A stretch of DNA of 64,000 nucleotides. Origin: an uncultured Candidatus Rokubacteria bacterium. Its GTDB lineage: Bacteria; Methylomirabilota; Methylomirabilia; Rokubacteriales; CSP1-6. Made by a program: the position numbers and the translations under genes. The DNA is taken from contig CAVWFS010000019.1 in NCBI GenBank assembly GCA_963754315.1, forward strand, positions 96,001-160,000. The letters run 5' to 3'. This document shows, in pieces, positions 42,792-52,371 of this stretch (position 1 is its first letter; every line of letters begins with the position of its first letter). The notes under the pieces are model-generated. The model saw nothing but the letters and a program-made list of their open reading frames with translations, was not told the DNA's origin and did not search any database.

Positions 42792-43361
42792 GTGGAGATC
42801 AGCGATGAAGCCCTGTGCGCACGGGTGGCCGAGCGTGACGAGGACGCCTTCGACCTCCTCGTCCAGCGCTACCAGCTACGCGCCTACCGGCTGGCCTGGT
42901 CGATTCTGCGCGACGCCGAGGAAGCGCGTGACCTGTCTCAAGAGGCCTTCATTCGGCTCTATGAAGCGGCGGGCCGCTTTCGCGGCCGCTCGCGCTTTTC
43001 CACCTGGTTCTACCGCATCCTCGTCAACCTGTGTCTCGACGCCCGTCGACGGCGTCGGTGGTGGCAGCGCGAGCTGACGGCTTTCGAGCGTGATGGGGAA
43101 TCCCAGGAATCGATGGTGGAGCAGCAGCCCGCTCCCGCCATGGATCCAGTCGATGACCTCGAGCGAGGCCGAATGTTGACCCAGCTCTGGAAGGCTGTCG
43201 ACAGCCTCTCGCCGCAGCAACGGGCCGCCCTCCTGCTCCAGGTCCAGGAGGAACTGCCGACCTCCGAGATCGCCTCGGTACTGAAGTGCTCGGAGGCGAC
43301 GGTGCGCGTGCACCTGCACCGCGCCCTGATGGCCCTCAGGAAGACGATGAGGAAGGACTGA
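42792..43361 (+). CDS. ECF RNA polymerase sigma factor
   Basis: AFDLLVQRY, ARDLSQEAFIR, FSTWFYRILVNLCLD and EIASVL.CSEATVRVHLHRA motifs. Confidence 0.92.
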   Translation: MEISDEALCARVAERDEDAFDLLVQRYQLRAYRLAWSILRDAEEARDLSQEAFIRLYEAAGRFRGRSRFSTWFYRILVNLCLDARRRRRWWQRELTAFERDGESQESMVEQQPAPAMDPVDDLERGRMLTQLWKAVDSLSPQQRAALLLQVQEELPTSEIASVLKCSEATVRVHLHRALMALRKTMRKD

Positions 43362-43362
43362 T

Positions 43363-43848
43363 ATGCGGCATCCCGAGACTGAGTTGAATGCGTTCGTCCA
43401 GGGGGAGCTCAACGGCCCTGAGTACGACCGGGTGGCCCAGCATCTCGCGGCGTGCGCGGACTGTCGGGCCGTACGGGACGACTTCCAGCGGATCCTAGAG
43501 ACCCTCGGCCGTACGGTACCGGCCCCACCGGCCGTCGCCTGGGCACGTTACCGAGCCGAGCTCCAGGCTAAGCGCCGAGCCCGGGCCACACGATCGGGCC
43601 ACGCTTGGTGGCGTTGGCCGGTCCCGCTCGCATTGGCGACTGGCCTGGCCGCCGTCCTGGTCTTCCTCGCCTTGGAGGGTGGCATCCGAACGTTCGAGCA
43701 CAGGAACGCCTCCGGCTTCGACGAGGCCACGATCGGCCGGCGCCTCGAGCTTCTCCGAGACTATCGGGTGGTCGAGAGACTGGATCTTCTCGAGGATTGG
43801 GATATTCTGCGTAGCCTCGAGGTCCCCAACGGCCAGCGCGAGGGCTAG
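43363..43848 (+). CDS. zf-HC2 (ZAS) transmembrane anti-sigma factor
   Basis: H...HLAACADC (HxxxCxxC) and a single TM; directly follows the ECF sigma gene. Confidence 0.85.
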   Translation: MRHPETELNAFVQGELNGPEYDRVAQHLAACADCRAVRDDFQRILETLGRTVPAPPAVAWARYRAELQAKRRARATRSGHAWWRWPVPLALATGLAAVLVFLALEGGIRTFEHRNASGFDEATIGRRLELLRDYRVVERLDLLEDWDILRSLEVPNGQREG

Positions 43849-43860
43849 ACGACGGCTCAC

Positions 43861-44379
43861 ATGAAACGCCACGTCGTGATCTGGTCGGTCTTGGTTGCCG
43901 CCTTTGTGGTCGGGGGCGCGGGCTCGAGCGCCTGGGGGCAGGGCACCGATGGCCGTGATCGACTGCCCCCTGAAGCCCGCGAGAATATCAAGCGCTTCCG
44001 GGAGCTACCGCTCTCGGAAAAGCAGCGCATTCTCGAGGATCTCCAGCGCTGGAACGAGCTCCCTGAGGCTCGTCGCCGCGAGCTTCAGCGGGCCTACGAC
44101 CGCTTCCAGCAGCTGTCACCCGAGCGACGTGAGGAGATCATGGGACGGTACGAGCAGTTCAAGTCGCTGCCTCCGGCCGCCCAGCAAGAGATCATCGACA
44201 AACAAGAGCGCTGGCGACAGCTTCCACCCGAGGAACGACAGCGCATTCGCGAGCGCTTCCGACAAATGACACCGGAAGAGCGTCGACAAGTGCGGGAGCA
44301 GCTCAAGCAGATCCCGCCCGCAGAGCAGCCGGGCACCTCCAGAGGTTTTCAGGCGCCGGCACCGCCACCTCCCCGTTGA
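43861..44379 (+). CDS. DUF3106-like periplasmic helical repeat protein
   Basis: Signal peptide; repeated (F/W)xxLxPExR units; third gene of the ECF operon. Confidence 0.75.
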   Translation: MKRHVVIWSVLVAAFVVGGAGSSAWGQGTDGRDRLPPEARENIKRFRELPLSEKQRILEDLQRWNELPEARRRELQRAYDRFQQLSPERREEIMGRYEQFKSLPPAAQQEIIDKQERWRQLPPEERQRIRERFRQMTPEERRQVREQLKQIPPAEQPGTSRGFQAPAPPPPR

Positions 44380-44412
44380 GGGGACTCTGGCAACGAAAGT
44401 TCCCGCGGGGGG

Positions 44413-45336
44413 CTAGAATCCTTGGAGCTCAGGCCGGCAAACCGCCCGAAAGCCGCACCACCGACAGATCCGAAGCTCCTCGGTGCGCTCGAAGTCGGCC
44501 ATGACAGCCACGTTGGCCTCGGGATCGGCAAGGTACGCCTTCATGGACCGGATGGACAGCCGCAGCCGTTCCTTGATGGCGTCCAAGCGCTCCTCGCTCC
44601 AGACCAGAGGCGTCACCAGCGGCTCTCGCAGGTTCGCCTCGTACAGATCGACCCGCGCCGGCGGTACGTCGAGAACTTCTCGAGCGTAGAGCGCGTAGCA
44701 GCCGAGCTGGAAGGCTGTGTTGTCGGGATCGGAGGCCCCTGTCTTCCAGTCCACCAGGGCCAGGCGGTCGCTGTCCGTCCAGAACCCGAAGTCGGGTGCC
44801 ATCCAGATGGGCACGCCCTCGAACTCGAAGGTACGGGACCAGTGCTCGATGGACCAGTGCTCGGGGGTCGTCTTCCGGATCGTCGCCAGCAGCGGTAGCC
44901 GGAAGAAGTTGCGCAGACAGGTCATCACATTCCGGCTCAGGGCCTGCCACGCTTCCGGCTTCACATCCACCCGGTACTCATGCTCGAAGAGGGCGATGGT
45001 GTTCCGGGGCGCGTCGCGATAAGAACCCGCTTTCGACTGCCGCCACTCGCCCCGCATGCGCTTCACCACGTCGGCGATGAACGGTTCCACGGGAACATCA
45101 CGACCTTCACGAAAGACGTGGAGCGCCATCTCGACGGCCTCGTGCACGGTCCGGCCTGCCCACATCTGGCGGGTGGCCAGCTGCTTGAGGATGTAGAGCC
45201 GGCGCCGCTCCACGGGTGCCCCCTCCTCCCAGCCCCCCCAGGCACCGTAGTACTGATAGAAGTACCGTCGGCGGCATTCGTGGAAGGTGCTGTCCCGGCT
45301 ACGTGACCAGGAAAAGTCGTTGGTCAGCTCGGCCAT
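44413..45336 (-). CDS. PD-(D/E)XK nuclease, RecB/AddB/Cas4-like, with 4-Cys Fe-S staple
   Basis: N-terminal ECRRRY, GRTVH, PDFGF, LVDWKTG, QLGCY and C-terminal CRWCGFRAVC. Confidence 0.85.
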   Translation of the reverse strand: MAELTNDFSWSRSRDSTFHECRRRYFYQYYGAWGGWEEGAPVERRRLYILKQLATRQMWAGRTVHEAVEMALHVFREGRDVPVEPFIADVVKRMRGEWRQSKAGSYRDAPRNTIALFEHEYRVDVKPEAWQALSRNVMTCLRNFFRLPLLATIRKTTPEHWSIEHWSRTFEFEGVPIWMAPDFGFWTDSDRLALVDWKTGASDPDNTAFQLGCYALYAREVLDVPPARVDLYEANLREPLVTPLVWSEERLDAIKERLRLSIRSMKAYLADPEANVAVMADFERTEELRICRWCGFRAVCRPELQGF

Positions 45337-45403
45337 TGCCGGCATTGTACGGGCATGGTAATTTCGGTCCCACCGCGAAATCGCAGTTCCGGAGGAGCGA
45401 CCT

Positions 45404-45595
45404 ATGCCGTTCGTCAATATCCGGCTGTATGAGGGTCATGGTAAGGAGCGCAAGGACGAGCTGGCCAAGCGAGTGACCGAGGCCGTCCACGAGGTCTGCA
45501 AGGTGCCGCGGGAGGCGGTGTGGGTGGTCTTCGAGGACGTGCCCCCCGCCGACTGGTACGCGGCCGGGGCCCCGGGTCAGCCCGTCAAGAGGTGA
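45404..45595 (+). CDS. 4-oxalocrotonate tautomerase family protein
   Basis: 63 aa; N-terminal Pro after Met (MPFVNI); WYAAG. Confidence 0.85.
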   Translation: MPFVNIRLYEGHGKERKDELAKRVTEAVHEVCKVPREAVWVVFEDVPPADWYAAGAPGQPVKR

Positions 45596-46435
45596 GCTGG
45601 CAGTTCGAAAAGCTCGGCACCGGCTTTCTCTTCACCGAGGGCCCGGTGTGGCACCCCGCGGGCAGGTTCCTCCTCTTCAGCGACATGCCGGGCGATCACC
45701 TGCGCCGGTGGTCGGCCGTGGACGGGATCACCACGTTCCGTAAGCCCTGCCACATGTCCAACGGGCTCACGTACGATCGCGAGGGGCGGCTTCTCACCTG
45801 CGAGCATGCCACGAGCCGGGTGACGCGCACGGAGGCCGACGGGACGCATCGTCCCCCTCGCCACCCACTATCAGGGTAAGGAGCTCAATAGCCCGAACGA
45901 CATCGTGTGCAAGGGCGACGGGGGCATCTACTTCACCGACCCGCCCTATGGGCGCCTGAAGGTCTACGGCGTGGAGCGGCCACAGGAACTATCGTTCCAC
46001 GGCGTGTACCGGGTGGGAAGGGATCCCAAGAGCCCGGAGCTGCTCGTCGATGACTTCGAGCGCCCCAACGGGTTGTGTTTCTCGCTGGATGAGCGGCGGC
46101 TCTTCATCAATGACACCGCGCGTCAGCACATCCGGGTTTTCGATGTCACCGCCGCCGGGACCCTCACCAACGGCCGCCTCTGGGCCGAGACCAAGGGCGA
46201 CAAGCCCGGTGCTCCCGATGGCATGAAGATCGACGCTGCCGGTTCGGTGTACTGCTGCGGGCCGGGCGGCATCCACGTGTTCGACCCCACGGGGAGCCTG
46301 CGCGAGATTATCGAGGTTCCTGAGCGCACCGCGAATTTTGCGTGGGGTGACGACGATCTCCGATCGCTGTTCATCACCGCCACTACGTCCCTGTACCGTC
46401 TACGAGTCGAGACTCCGGGACGGCCTGCCTTGTGA
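45592..46435 (+). CDS. SMP-30/gluconolactonase family protein; +1 frameshift near 45843
   Basis: FTEGPVW and SNGL; removing one base gives ...YQGKELNSPNDIV, joining ORF 45905 (YFTDPPYG, PNGLCFS, PDGMKID). Confidence 0.85.
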
Positions 46436-46446
46436 AGGAGGATCGC

Positions 46447-47640
46447 ATGCACCGTCGTTTGCTCCTGCTCATGACCGGGCTCGCCTTCTTGGCGTCGCCC
46501 GTGGCGGCACACGCCCAGAAGCCGATCAAAGTCGGGTTCCCAATGATCCTGTCCGGTCCCGGCGCCCTGTTCGGAGAGCCCGCCCTCAAGGGAGCCCAGA
46601 TGTTTGTGGAGGAGATCAACGCCAAAGGCGGGGTGCTCGGCCGTAAGCTCGAGTTGCTCCCCCGCGACACCAAGGGCAACGCCGACGAGGCGGTGCGGGT
46701 CTCGCGAGACCTCATCCTCAAGGAGAACGTGGACTTCCTCGTGGGAACCTTGACCTCAGCCGAAGGGCCGGCTGTATCGGTGGTGGCCAAGGAGAACAAG
46801 ATCGTTTTTATCGCGCCCATCCCCAAGACCGATCAGCTCACGGCGCCGGACAAGCTCCATCCCTACGTGTTCCGGGTGGCCGCCACGACCACCATGGAAG
46901 GCCGGAGTGCGGCCGAGATCGTGGCCAAGTGGCCAGTGACCAGGATCGCCACCATCAGCCCCGATTACGCGTACGGACAGGATGTGACAAAAGCTTTCGT
47001 CGACTATCTCAAGAAGCTCAAGCCTTCAATTCAGATCGTGGACCAGCAGTGGCCCAAGCTCGGCGAGCCCGACTACACGCCCTTCATCAACGCCCAGCTG
47101 GCCAAGAAGCCCGAGGCCGTGTTCTCGTCGCTCTGGGGGGGCCATTTCGTGAATTTTGCGAAGCAAGCCAGACCGCTCGGCTACTTCGAGGCCATCAAGT
47201 TCAACTTCATCGGCGTGGGCGAGGCCGGTTCGCCGGAGTCGACCAAGACCATGGGCCAGGACTACCCGGTTGGCATCTGGGGCAACTCCTACGACGCTTT
47301 CTACTGGGACACCGCCTCGCCTGCCCACCGCGACTACACGGCGCGCCTGGCCAAATTCACCAAGGAGGAGTATCCGTCGTCGTGGGCCATTCAGGGCTAC
47401 ATCGGCCTGCAGTTTCTGACCGAGGCCATCAAGAAGGCGGGAGGTACGGACTCCGACAAGGTTTCCAAGGCCTTGCTTGGGCTCAGCATCGACTCCCCGG
47501 TGGGAAAGATCACCATCCGCGAGAAGGATCACCAGGCGAACCGCGGTCAGCTCTACGGCAAGACAGCGATGGATCCCAAGTACCCCTTTGCCATCATGAA
47601 GCCCGTGGAATACGTGGATCCGACCAAGTTCATGGACTGA
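46447..47640 (+). CDS. Branched-chain amino acid-type ABC substrate-binding protein
   Basis: Signal peptide; EEINAKGGVLGRKLEL and PDYAYGQD motifs. Confidence 0.9.
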   Translation: MHRRLLLLMTGLAFLASPVAAHAQKPIKVGFPMILSGPGALFGEPALKGAQMFVEEINAKGGVLGRKLELLPRDTKGNADEAVRVSRDLILKENVDFLVGTLTSAEGPAVSVVAKENKIVFIAPIPKTDQLTAPDKLHPYVFRVAATTTMEGRSAAEIVAKWPVTRIATISPDYAYGQDVTKAFVDYLKKLKPSIQIVDQQWPKLGEPDYTPFINAQLAKKPEAVFSSLWGGHFVNFAKQARPLGYFEAIKFNFIGVGEAGSPESTKTMGQDYPVGIWGNSYDAFYWDTASPAHRDYTARLAKFTKEEYPSSWAIQGYIGLQFLTEAIKKAGGTDSDKVSKALLGLSIDSPVGKITIREKDHQANRGQLYGKTAMDPKYPFAIMKPVEYVDPTKFMD

Positions 47641-47645
47641 CCTGC

Positions 47646-47681
47646 TGAAGATTGAGGGGCCACGCGGTCCCTCAATCTTCA
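47646..47681 (+). other. 16-bp stem-loop between the SBP and permease genes (mRNA stabiliser/attenuator)
   Basis: TGAAGATTGAGGGGCC-ACGC-GGTCCCTCAATCTTCA, with one G-U pair and no U-tract. Confidence 0.7.
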
Positions 47682-47690
47682 TCACCTGAC

Positions 47691-48575
47691 GTGCCTGATC
47701 TTTCGTTCGTCTTCGCCCAGTCGTTGAGCGGCCTCACCGCCGCCATGTTCCTGTTCCTCATCGCGTCTGGTCTCTCGTTGATCTTCGGTGTCCTCCGCGT
47801 CTTGAACTTCGCCCATGGAACCTTCTATATGCTCGGCGCCTACTCCGCGTACCAGATCGTCCTGTGGCTGGGCCCCGGACCCGGCATGTTCTGGGTGGCG
47901 GTCCTGGGAGCAGCCCTCGGGATCGCCGTGCTGGGCGGGGTCGTGGAGCGCTTCCTCTTCCGTCACCTCTACGGCAAGGAGGAGCTCTACCAGCTCCTCT
48001 TCACGTACGCCCTTGTCCTCGTCCTCAGCGACGTGGCCAAGATCATCTGGGGCACGCAGCAGAAGTCGGTGAGCCGCCCGCCCGGGCTGACGGGATCGGT
48101 GTCTGTCTGGGGAGCCACCATTCCCTACTACAACCTTTTCATCCTGCTCCTGGGTCCGGCCCTGGCCCTCGCCTTCTGGTTCGTGCTCCAGCGCACGCGG
48201 GCCGGGCGGTTCATCCGGGCGGCCGCGCTCGATCGGGAGACGCTCGGTGCGCTCGGCGTCAACGTGAGCGCTCTCTATACCGGCGTGTTCGTGCTGGCCT
48301 CCTTCCTCGGCGGTCTCGGCGGCGCCCTGGTGACACCGGTGCGGACCATCGTGCCGGGCATGGACACCGAGATCATCGTGGAGGCCTTCGTGGTCGTGGT
48401 TGTCGGAGGGCTCGGCTCCTTCTGGGGGACGTTCCTCGGATCGGTCATCTACGGGCAGGTGCTGTCGTTCGGTATCCTGTTCTTCCCCCGGTTCTCGATC
48501 TTCTCGGTCTTCGCCCTCATGGCCGTCGTCCTCATCATCCGCCCCTGGGGCCTCCTGGGTCGGCCGCTCAAATGA
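47691..48575 (+). CDS. livH: LivH-like permease
   Basis: GLSLIFGVLRVLNFAHG and RPWGLLG motifs. Confidence 0.9.
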   Translation: MPDLSFVFAQSLSGLTAAMFLFLIASGLSLIFGVLRVLNFAHGTFYMLGAYSAYQIVLWLGPGPGMFWVAVLGAALGIAVLGGVVERFLFRHLYGKEELYQLLFTYALVLVLSDVAKIIWGTQQKSVSRPPGLTGSVSVWGATIPYYNLFILLLGPALALAFWFVLQRTRAGRFIRAAALDRETLGALGVNVSALYTGVFVLASFLGGLGGALVTPVRTIVPGMDTEIIVEAFVVVVVGGLGSFWGTFLGSVIYGQVLSFGILFFPRFSIFSVFALMAVVLIIRPWGLLGRPLK

Positions 48576-49552
48576 TGCGCCGCCTGCCGTGGGCCTTCCT
48601 GCTGCTGGCGGCAGCGTTCTTCGTGCCCGCCCTCGGCTCTCGCTTCTATACGTTCCTGGCCAACGACGTGGCGATCTGGGCGCTCTTTGCCACGAGCCTG
48701 AATCTCCTGGTCGGCTACACGGGCCTCGTCTCCTTCGGTCATGCTGCCTACTTCGGCATCGGGGCCTACACCACCGGCATCCTCATGAAGCAGCTGGGCG
48801 TGCCCTTCGTGCTGGCCTTCCCGGCCGCTGGCCTTCTGGCCGGCGGCCTCGCCCTCGTCTTCGGTTTCTTCTGCGTGCGACTCACCCGGATCTACTTCGC
48901 CATGCTGACGCTCGCCTTCGCGCAGATCGTGTGGGCCATCTGCTTCAAGTGGAACGAGGTCACCGGAGGAGAGCAGGGCATGCCCGAGATCCCTTACCCG
49001 AATTTCGAGTGGATCGAACGCGTGGCGATCTGGCTCCCGTTCGTGGGCGGCTACCGTGCGTCCGAGTACTTCTACTTCCTGAGCCTGGGCCTCGTCGGTC
49101 TGTGCATGTGGAGCCTCCACCGGATCGTCCGTTCACCCTTCGGTCGCATGCTGGAGACGATCCGGGAGAACGCCGAGCGGGCGGAGTTTATCGGCGTCAA
49201 CGTACGACGCTGGGAACTGGCGGCCTTCGCCCTGGCCGGCGCCTTCGCCGGCCTCGCCGGCGCGCTGTTCGGCATCTTCAATCGGGGAGTGTTTCCCGAC
49301 TTCGCCTACTGGACCAAGTCCTCCGAGGTGCTCATCATGACCCTCCTCGGTGGTATGGGGACCTTCTACGGTCCCACCATCGGCGCCCTGGCTCTCATCG
49401 TCCTGAACCAGCAGATCACCTCGTACACGGAGTACTGGCCGCTCATCCTGGGCTCTATTTTGATCCTTCTCCTCTTTGTGTTCCCGGGTGGCATCGGGGG
49501 GACTCTGGCTGCGCTGTGGCGTCGCCTCGAGATGAAGTGGCGCCATGCTTGA
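48572..49552 (+). CDS. livM: LivM-like permease
   Basis: NLLVGYTGLVSFGHAAYFGIGAY, YFAMLTLAF and SPFGR..IREN motifs. Confidence 0.9.
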   Translation: MMRRLPWAFLLLAAAFFVPALGSRFYTFLANDVAIWALFATSLNLLVGYTGLVSFGHAAYFGIGAYTTGILMKQLGVPFVLAFPAAGLLAGGLALVFGFFCVRLTRIYFAMLTLAFAQIVWAICFKWNEVTGGEQGMPEIPYPNFEWIERVAIWLPFVGGYRASEYFYFLSLGLVGLCMWSLHRIVRSPFGRMLETIRENAERAEFIGVNVRRWELAAFALAGAFAGLAGALFGIFNRGVFPDFAYWTKSSEVLIMTLLGGMGTFYGPTIGALALIVLNQQITSYTEYWPLILGSILILLLFVFPGGIGGTLAALWRRLEMKWRHA

Positions 49553-50285
49553 GGTCCGGGGAGTGGACAAGAAGTTCGACGGCTTCCAGGCCCTCGCCGG
49601 CGTAAACCTCACCGTTCCCCGGCGGTCGATCAGCTGCATCATCGGGCCGAACGGCGCCGGTAAAACGACCCTCTTCAACCTCATCACAGGCCACCTGCAC
49701 CCGGACGCTGGTCAGATCATCTTCAAGGGCCGAAATGTCACCGGGATTGCCCCCCACGATCTCTGCCGCCTTGGCATGGGACGGTCCTTCCAGCGAACGA
49801 ACATCTTTCCACGGCTCACCGTGTTTCAGAACATCCAGGCCGCCTTCGTTTCCCACCGCGGACGCGGCTTCAATCTCCTGACACCCGTGGAGCGCCTCTA
49901 TCGCGAGGAGACGGAGGCGCTGCTGGCGGCGGTCGGCCTTAGCGGGCAGGCCGGTGAGATCTCGGGATTTCTCTCACATGGAGGCCAGAAGCAGCTCGAG
50001 CTCGGCATCGCCCTCGCCCTCGAGCCGGAAATCCTGCTCCTCGACGAACCCACGGCTGGTATGTCGGCCGCGGAGACCCGCGACGCCATCGCTCTTATCG
50101 AACGGCTGGCCCGCGATCGGAACCTCACCCTGCTGTTTACCGAGCACGACATGGAAGTCGTCTTCTCCATCGCCCAGCGCATCACCGTGCTCCACCAGGG
50201 CCGCGTTATCGCCGACGGAGCGCCCGCGGATGTCCGCCGCGACGGGGAAGTCCGCCGAGTCTACCTGGGAGAGAAGCACCGATGA
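49545..50285 (+). CDS. livG: LivG-like ABC ATPase
   Basis: GPNGAGKTT, RSFQ, LSHG and LLLDEPTAGM motifs. Confidence 0.92.
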   Translation: MLEVRGVDKKFDGFQALAGVNLTVPRRSISCIIGPNGAGKTTLFNLITGHLHPDAGQIIFKGRNVTGIAPHDLCRLGMGRSFQRTNIFPRLTVFQNIQAAFVSHRGRGFNLLTPVERLYREETEALLAAVGLSGQAGEISGFLSHGGQKQLELGIALALEPEILLLDEPTAGMSAAETRDAIALIERLARDRNLTLLFTEHDMEVVFSIAQRITVLHQGRVIADGAPADVRRDGEVRRVYLGEKHR

Positions 50286-50989
50286 GGGCGCCGATCCTTG
50301 TGGTCGATGAGATCCACACCGCGTACGGGCTCTCCCAGGTCCTGTTTGGCGTCTCGCTCGAGGTCGCCCAGGGGGCGTGTGTGTGTCTTCTGGGGCGGAA
50401 CGGAGTCGGCAAAACGACGACGATGCGCAGCATCATGGGCCTCACGCCACCCAGGCGGGGACGCGTGGTGTGGAAGGGGCGGGACATCCAAGCCCAACCC
50501 GCCCACCAGGTCGCGAACCTTGGCATTGGCTTCGTTCCCGAGGATCGCCGCATCTTCGCCGAGCTGACGGTGTGGGAGAACCTCGACGTCGCCTCCCGGG
50601 GGCGCCGGACAGGGGGCTGGACCGCGGAGCGGGTCTACGAGCTGTTTCCAACGTTGCGGGAGCTCCGGGACCGCCAGGGGGGATTCCTGTCCGGGGGGGA
50701 ACAGCAGATGCTCACGATCGCCCGTACGCTCATGGGTAACCCCGAACTGCTCCTCCTGGACGAGCCATCGGAAGGCCTGGCCCCCTTGGTCGTGGACCAT
50801 CTCAAAGAGCAGATCAACCGTCTCAAGCGGGACGGGCTCACGATTCTGCTGGCCGAGCAGAACGTCGACTTCTGCCTGGATCTGGCCGATCGGGTCTACG
50901 TACTGGAGAAGGGACACATCCGCTATCACGGCAGCGCGCAGGAGTTTCGCGAGGACGAGTCGATCCGGCATCAGTACTTGGCGTTGTGA
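50282..50989 (+). CDS. livF: LivF-like ABC ATPase
   Basis: GRNGVGKTT, LSGGEQQM and LLLDEPSEGLAP motifs. Confidence 0.92.
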   Translation: MRAPILVVDEIHTAYGLSQVLFGVSLEVAQGACVCLLGRNGVGKTTTMRSIMGLTPPRRGRVVWKGRDIQAQPAHQVANLGIGFVPEDRRIFAELTVWENLDVASRGRRTGGWTAERVYELFPTLRELRDRQGGFLSGGEQQMLTIARTLMGNPELLLLDEPSEGLAPLVVDHLKEQINRLKRDGLTILLAEQNVDFCLDLADRVYVLEKGHIRYHGSAQEFREDESIRHQYLAL

Positions 50990-51039
50990 TTGACAATGGG
51001 CGCCTCAGCTCGCGAGCGAATCCGCTACAATAGAGGGTG

Positions 51040-51336
51040 ATGGCGAAGGCGAGTTTCGTTGTCGTCTGCCCGTGTTGCCAGGCCAAGCTCACTGTGGACG
51101 CCGAGCTCCGGGAGATAATCGCCCACGAGCAGCCGCCGCCCAAGCGGGACGCCGCGAACCTCGGTGATGCGTTCACCAAGCTCGCCAGCAAGTCGGCCGA
51201 GCGCGAGGAGCGCTTCCGTCAGCAGATGCAGGCCGAGGCTCAGAAGGGTAAACTGCTCGACCGAAAGTTCCAAGAGAGCCTCAAGAAGGCGAAGGACTCC
51301 CCGGACCCACCACGCCGCCGCTACGACTACGACTGA
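51040..51336 (+). CDS. Small hypothetical protein with CPCC knuckle and helical tail
   Basis: VVCPCCQAKLTVD; charged C-terminus; TACAAT just upstream. Confidence 0.7.
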   Translation: MAKASFVVVCPCCQAKLTVDAELREIIAHEQPPPKRDAANLGDAFTKLASKSAEREERFRQQMQAEAQKGKLLDRKFQESLKKAKDSPDPPRRRYDYD

Positions 51337-52351
51337 GGGTTCGTTCCGCGACCTACTGCGGGCGGTCAGTCGCAGCTTCTATCTGTCGCTGGCTGTCTTG
51401 CCGAAGACCTTGCGCGAACCGATCGGGCTCGCGTATCTGCTGGCGCGCGCCGCCGACACGGTGGCCGATACGCGGCTCATCCCGCGCCCGGAGCGGCTAC
51501 GTCACCTCGAGACCTTGAAGCACGCCTTTGCCGGTACGCTCGTCGACACGCGGCCCGTCGCTGCCGCCTGCGCACCCGGCCAAGCGCAGGCGGCCGAGCG
51601 TCGCCTCCTCGAGCGTCTCGGCGAGATCTTGGCCCGATTGGACGCCCTCGAGGATGCGGATCGCCACAAAGTACGCGACGTGCTCGCCACCATCACGCGA
51701 GGGCAGATCGCCGATCTGGAGCGATTCCCGGGAGAGGACGTGGCCGGCCTGACCGCGCTGCCCACGCGTGCCGCGCTCGACACATACACGTACCTGGTGG
51801 CCGGTTGTGTGGGAGAGTTCTGGACCGTCCTGCACATCGCCCATCGGCGAGCCCTCGCCAACTGGGACCCCCGGCCTATGAGCGCCAAGGGCGTACGTTT
51901 CGGCAAAGCCCTTCAGCTCACGAACATTTTGCGCGATGTCCCGAGCGATCTGAGAAGCGGCCGCTGCTATCTTCCTCAAGACGAGCTGACGGCGCTCGGT
52001 CTCACCCCTTACGACCTCCTCGACCCATCGCGCACACCAGCGGCGCGACCGCTACTCAGAGCCCTCCTGGCCGACGCGCTGGAACATTACGATGCCGCCT
52101 GGCACTACACCCTGGCCATTCCACGGCGTGAGTGGCGCATGCGCCTGGCCTGCATCTGGCCGCTCCTGATCGGGCTGGCCACCCTGGCCGCGCTCGCCCG
52201 GAACCCCGATCCCCTCGTGTCACGCGGTCCCATCAAGATCCCCCGGGGCGAGCTTCGCCGGCTTCTCGCGCGGTCGGCCTTCACCGTATGGTCGAATCGG
52301 GCATTGTCCGCCGACGCGGCGCGGCTGCGCGCCCGTGTCCGCTTGTCGTAG
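51329..52351 (+). CDS. Squalene/phytoene synthase family, single-enzyme squalene synthase type; start uncertain
   Basis: LLRAVSRSFYL, ARAADTVAD, YTYLVAGCVGEFWT and FGKALQLTNILRD..D...GRCYLP motifs. Confidence 0.8.
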   Translation, partial: TTEGSFRDLLRAVSRSFYLSLAVLPKTLREPIGLAYLLARAADTVADTRLIPRPERLRHLETLKHAFAGTLVDTRPVAAACAPGQAQAAERRLLERLGEILARLDALEDADRHKVRDVLATITRGQIADLERFPGEDVAGLTALPTRAALDTYTYLVAGCVGEFWTVLHIAHRRALANWDPRPMSAKGVRFGKALQLTNILRDVPSDLRSGRCYLPQDELTALGLTPYDLLDPSRTPAARPLLRALLADALEHYDAAWHYTLAIPRREWRMRLACIWPLLIGLATLAALARNPDPLVSRGPIKIPRGELRRLLARSAFTVWSNRALSADAARLRARVRLS

Positions 52352-52371
52352 CGAGCCGGGCGCCTCTAAGG

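Noticed and set aside
50990..51031. TTGACA...TACAAT as a -35/-10 pair
   Set aside because: The spacing is 30 nt; only the -10 box was retained.
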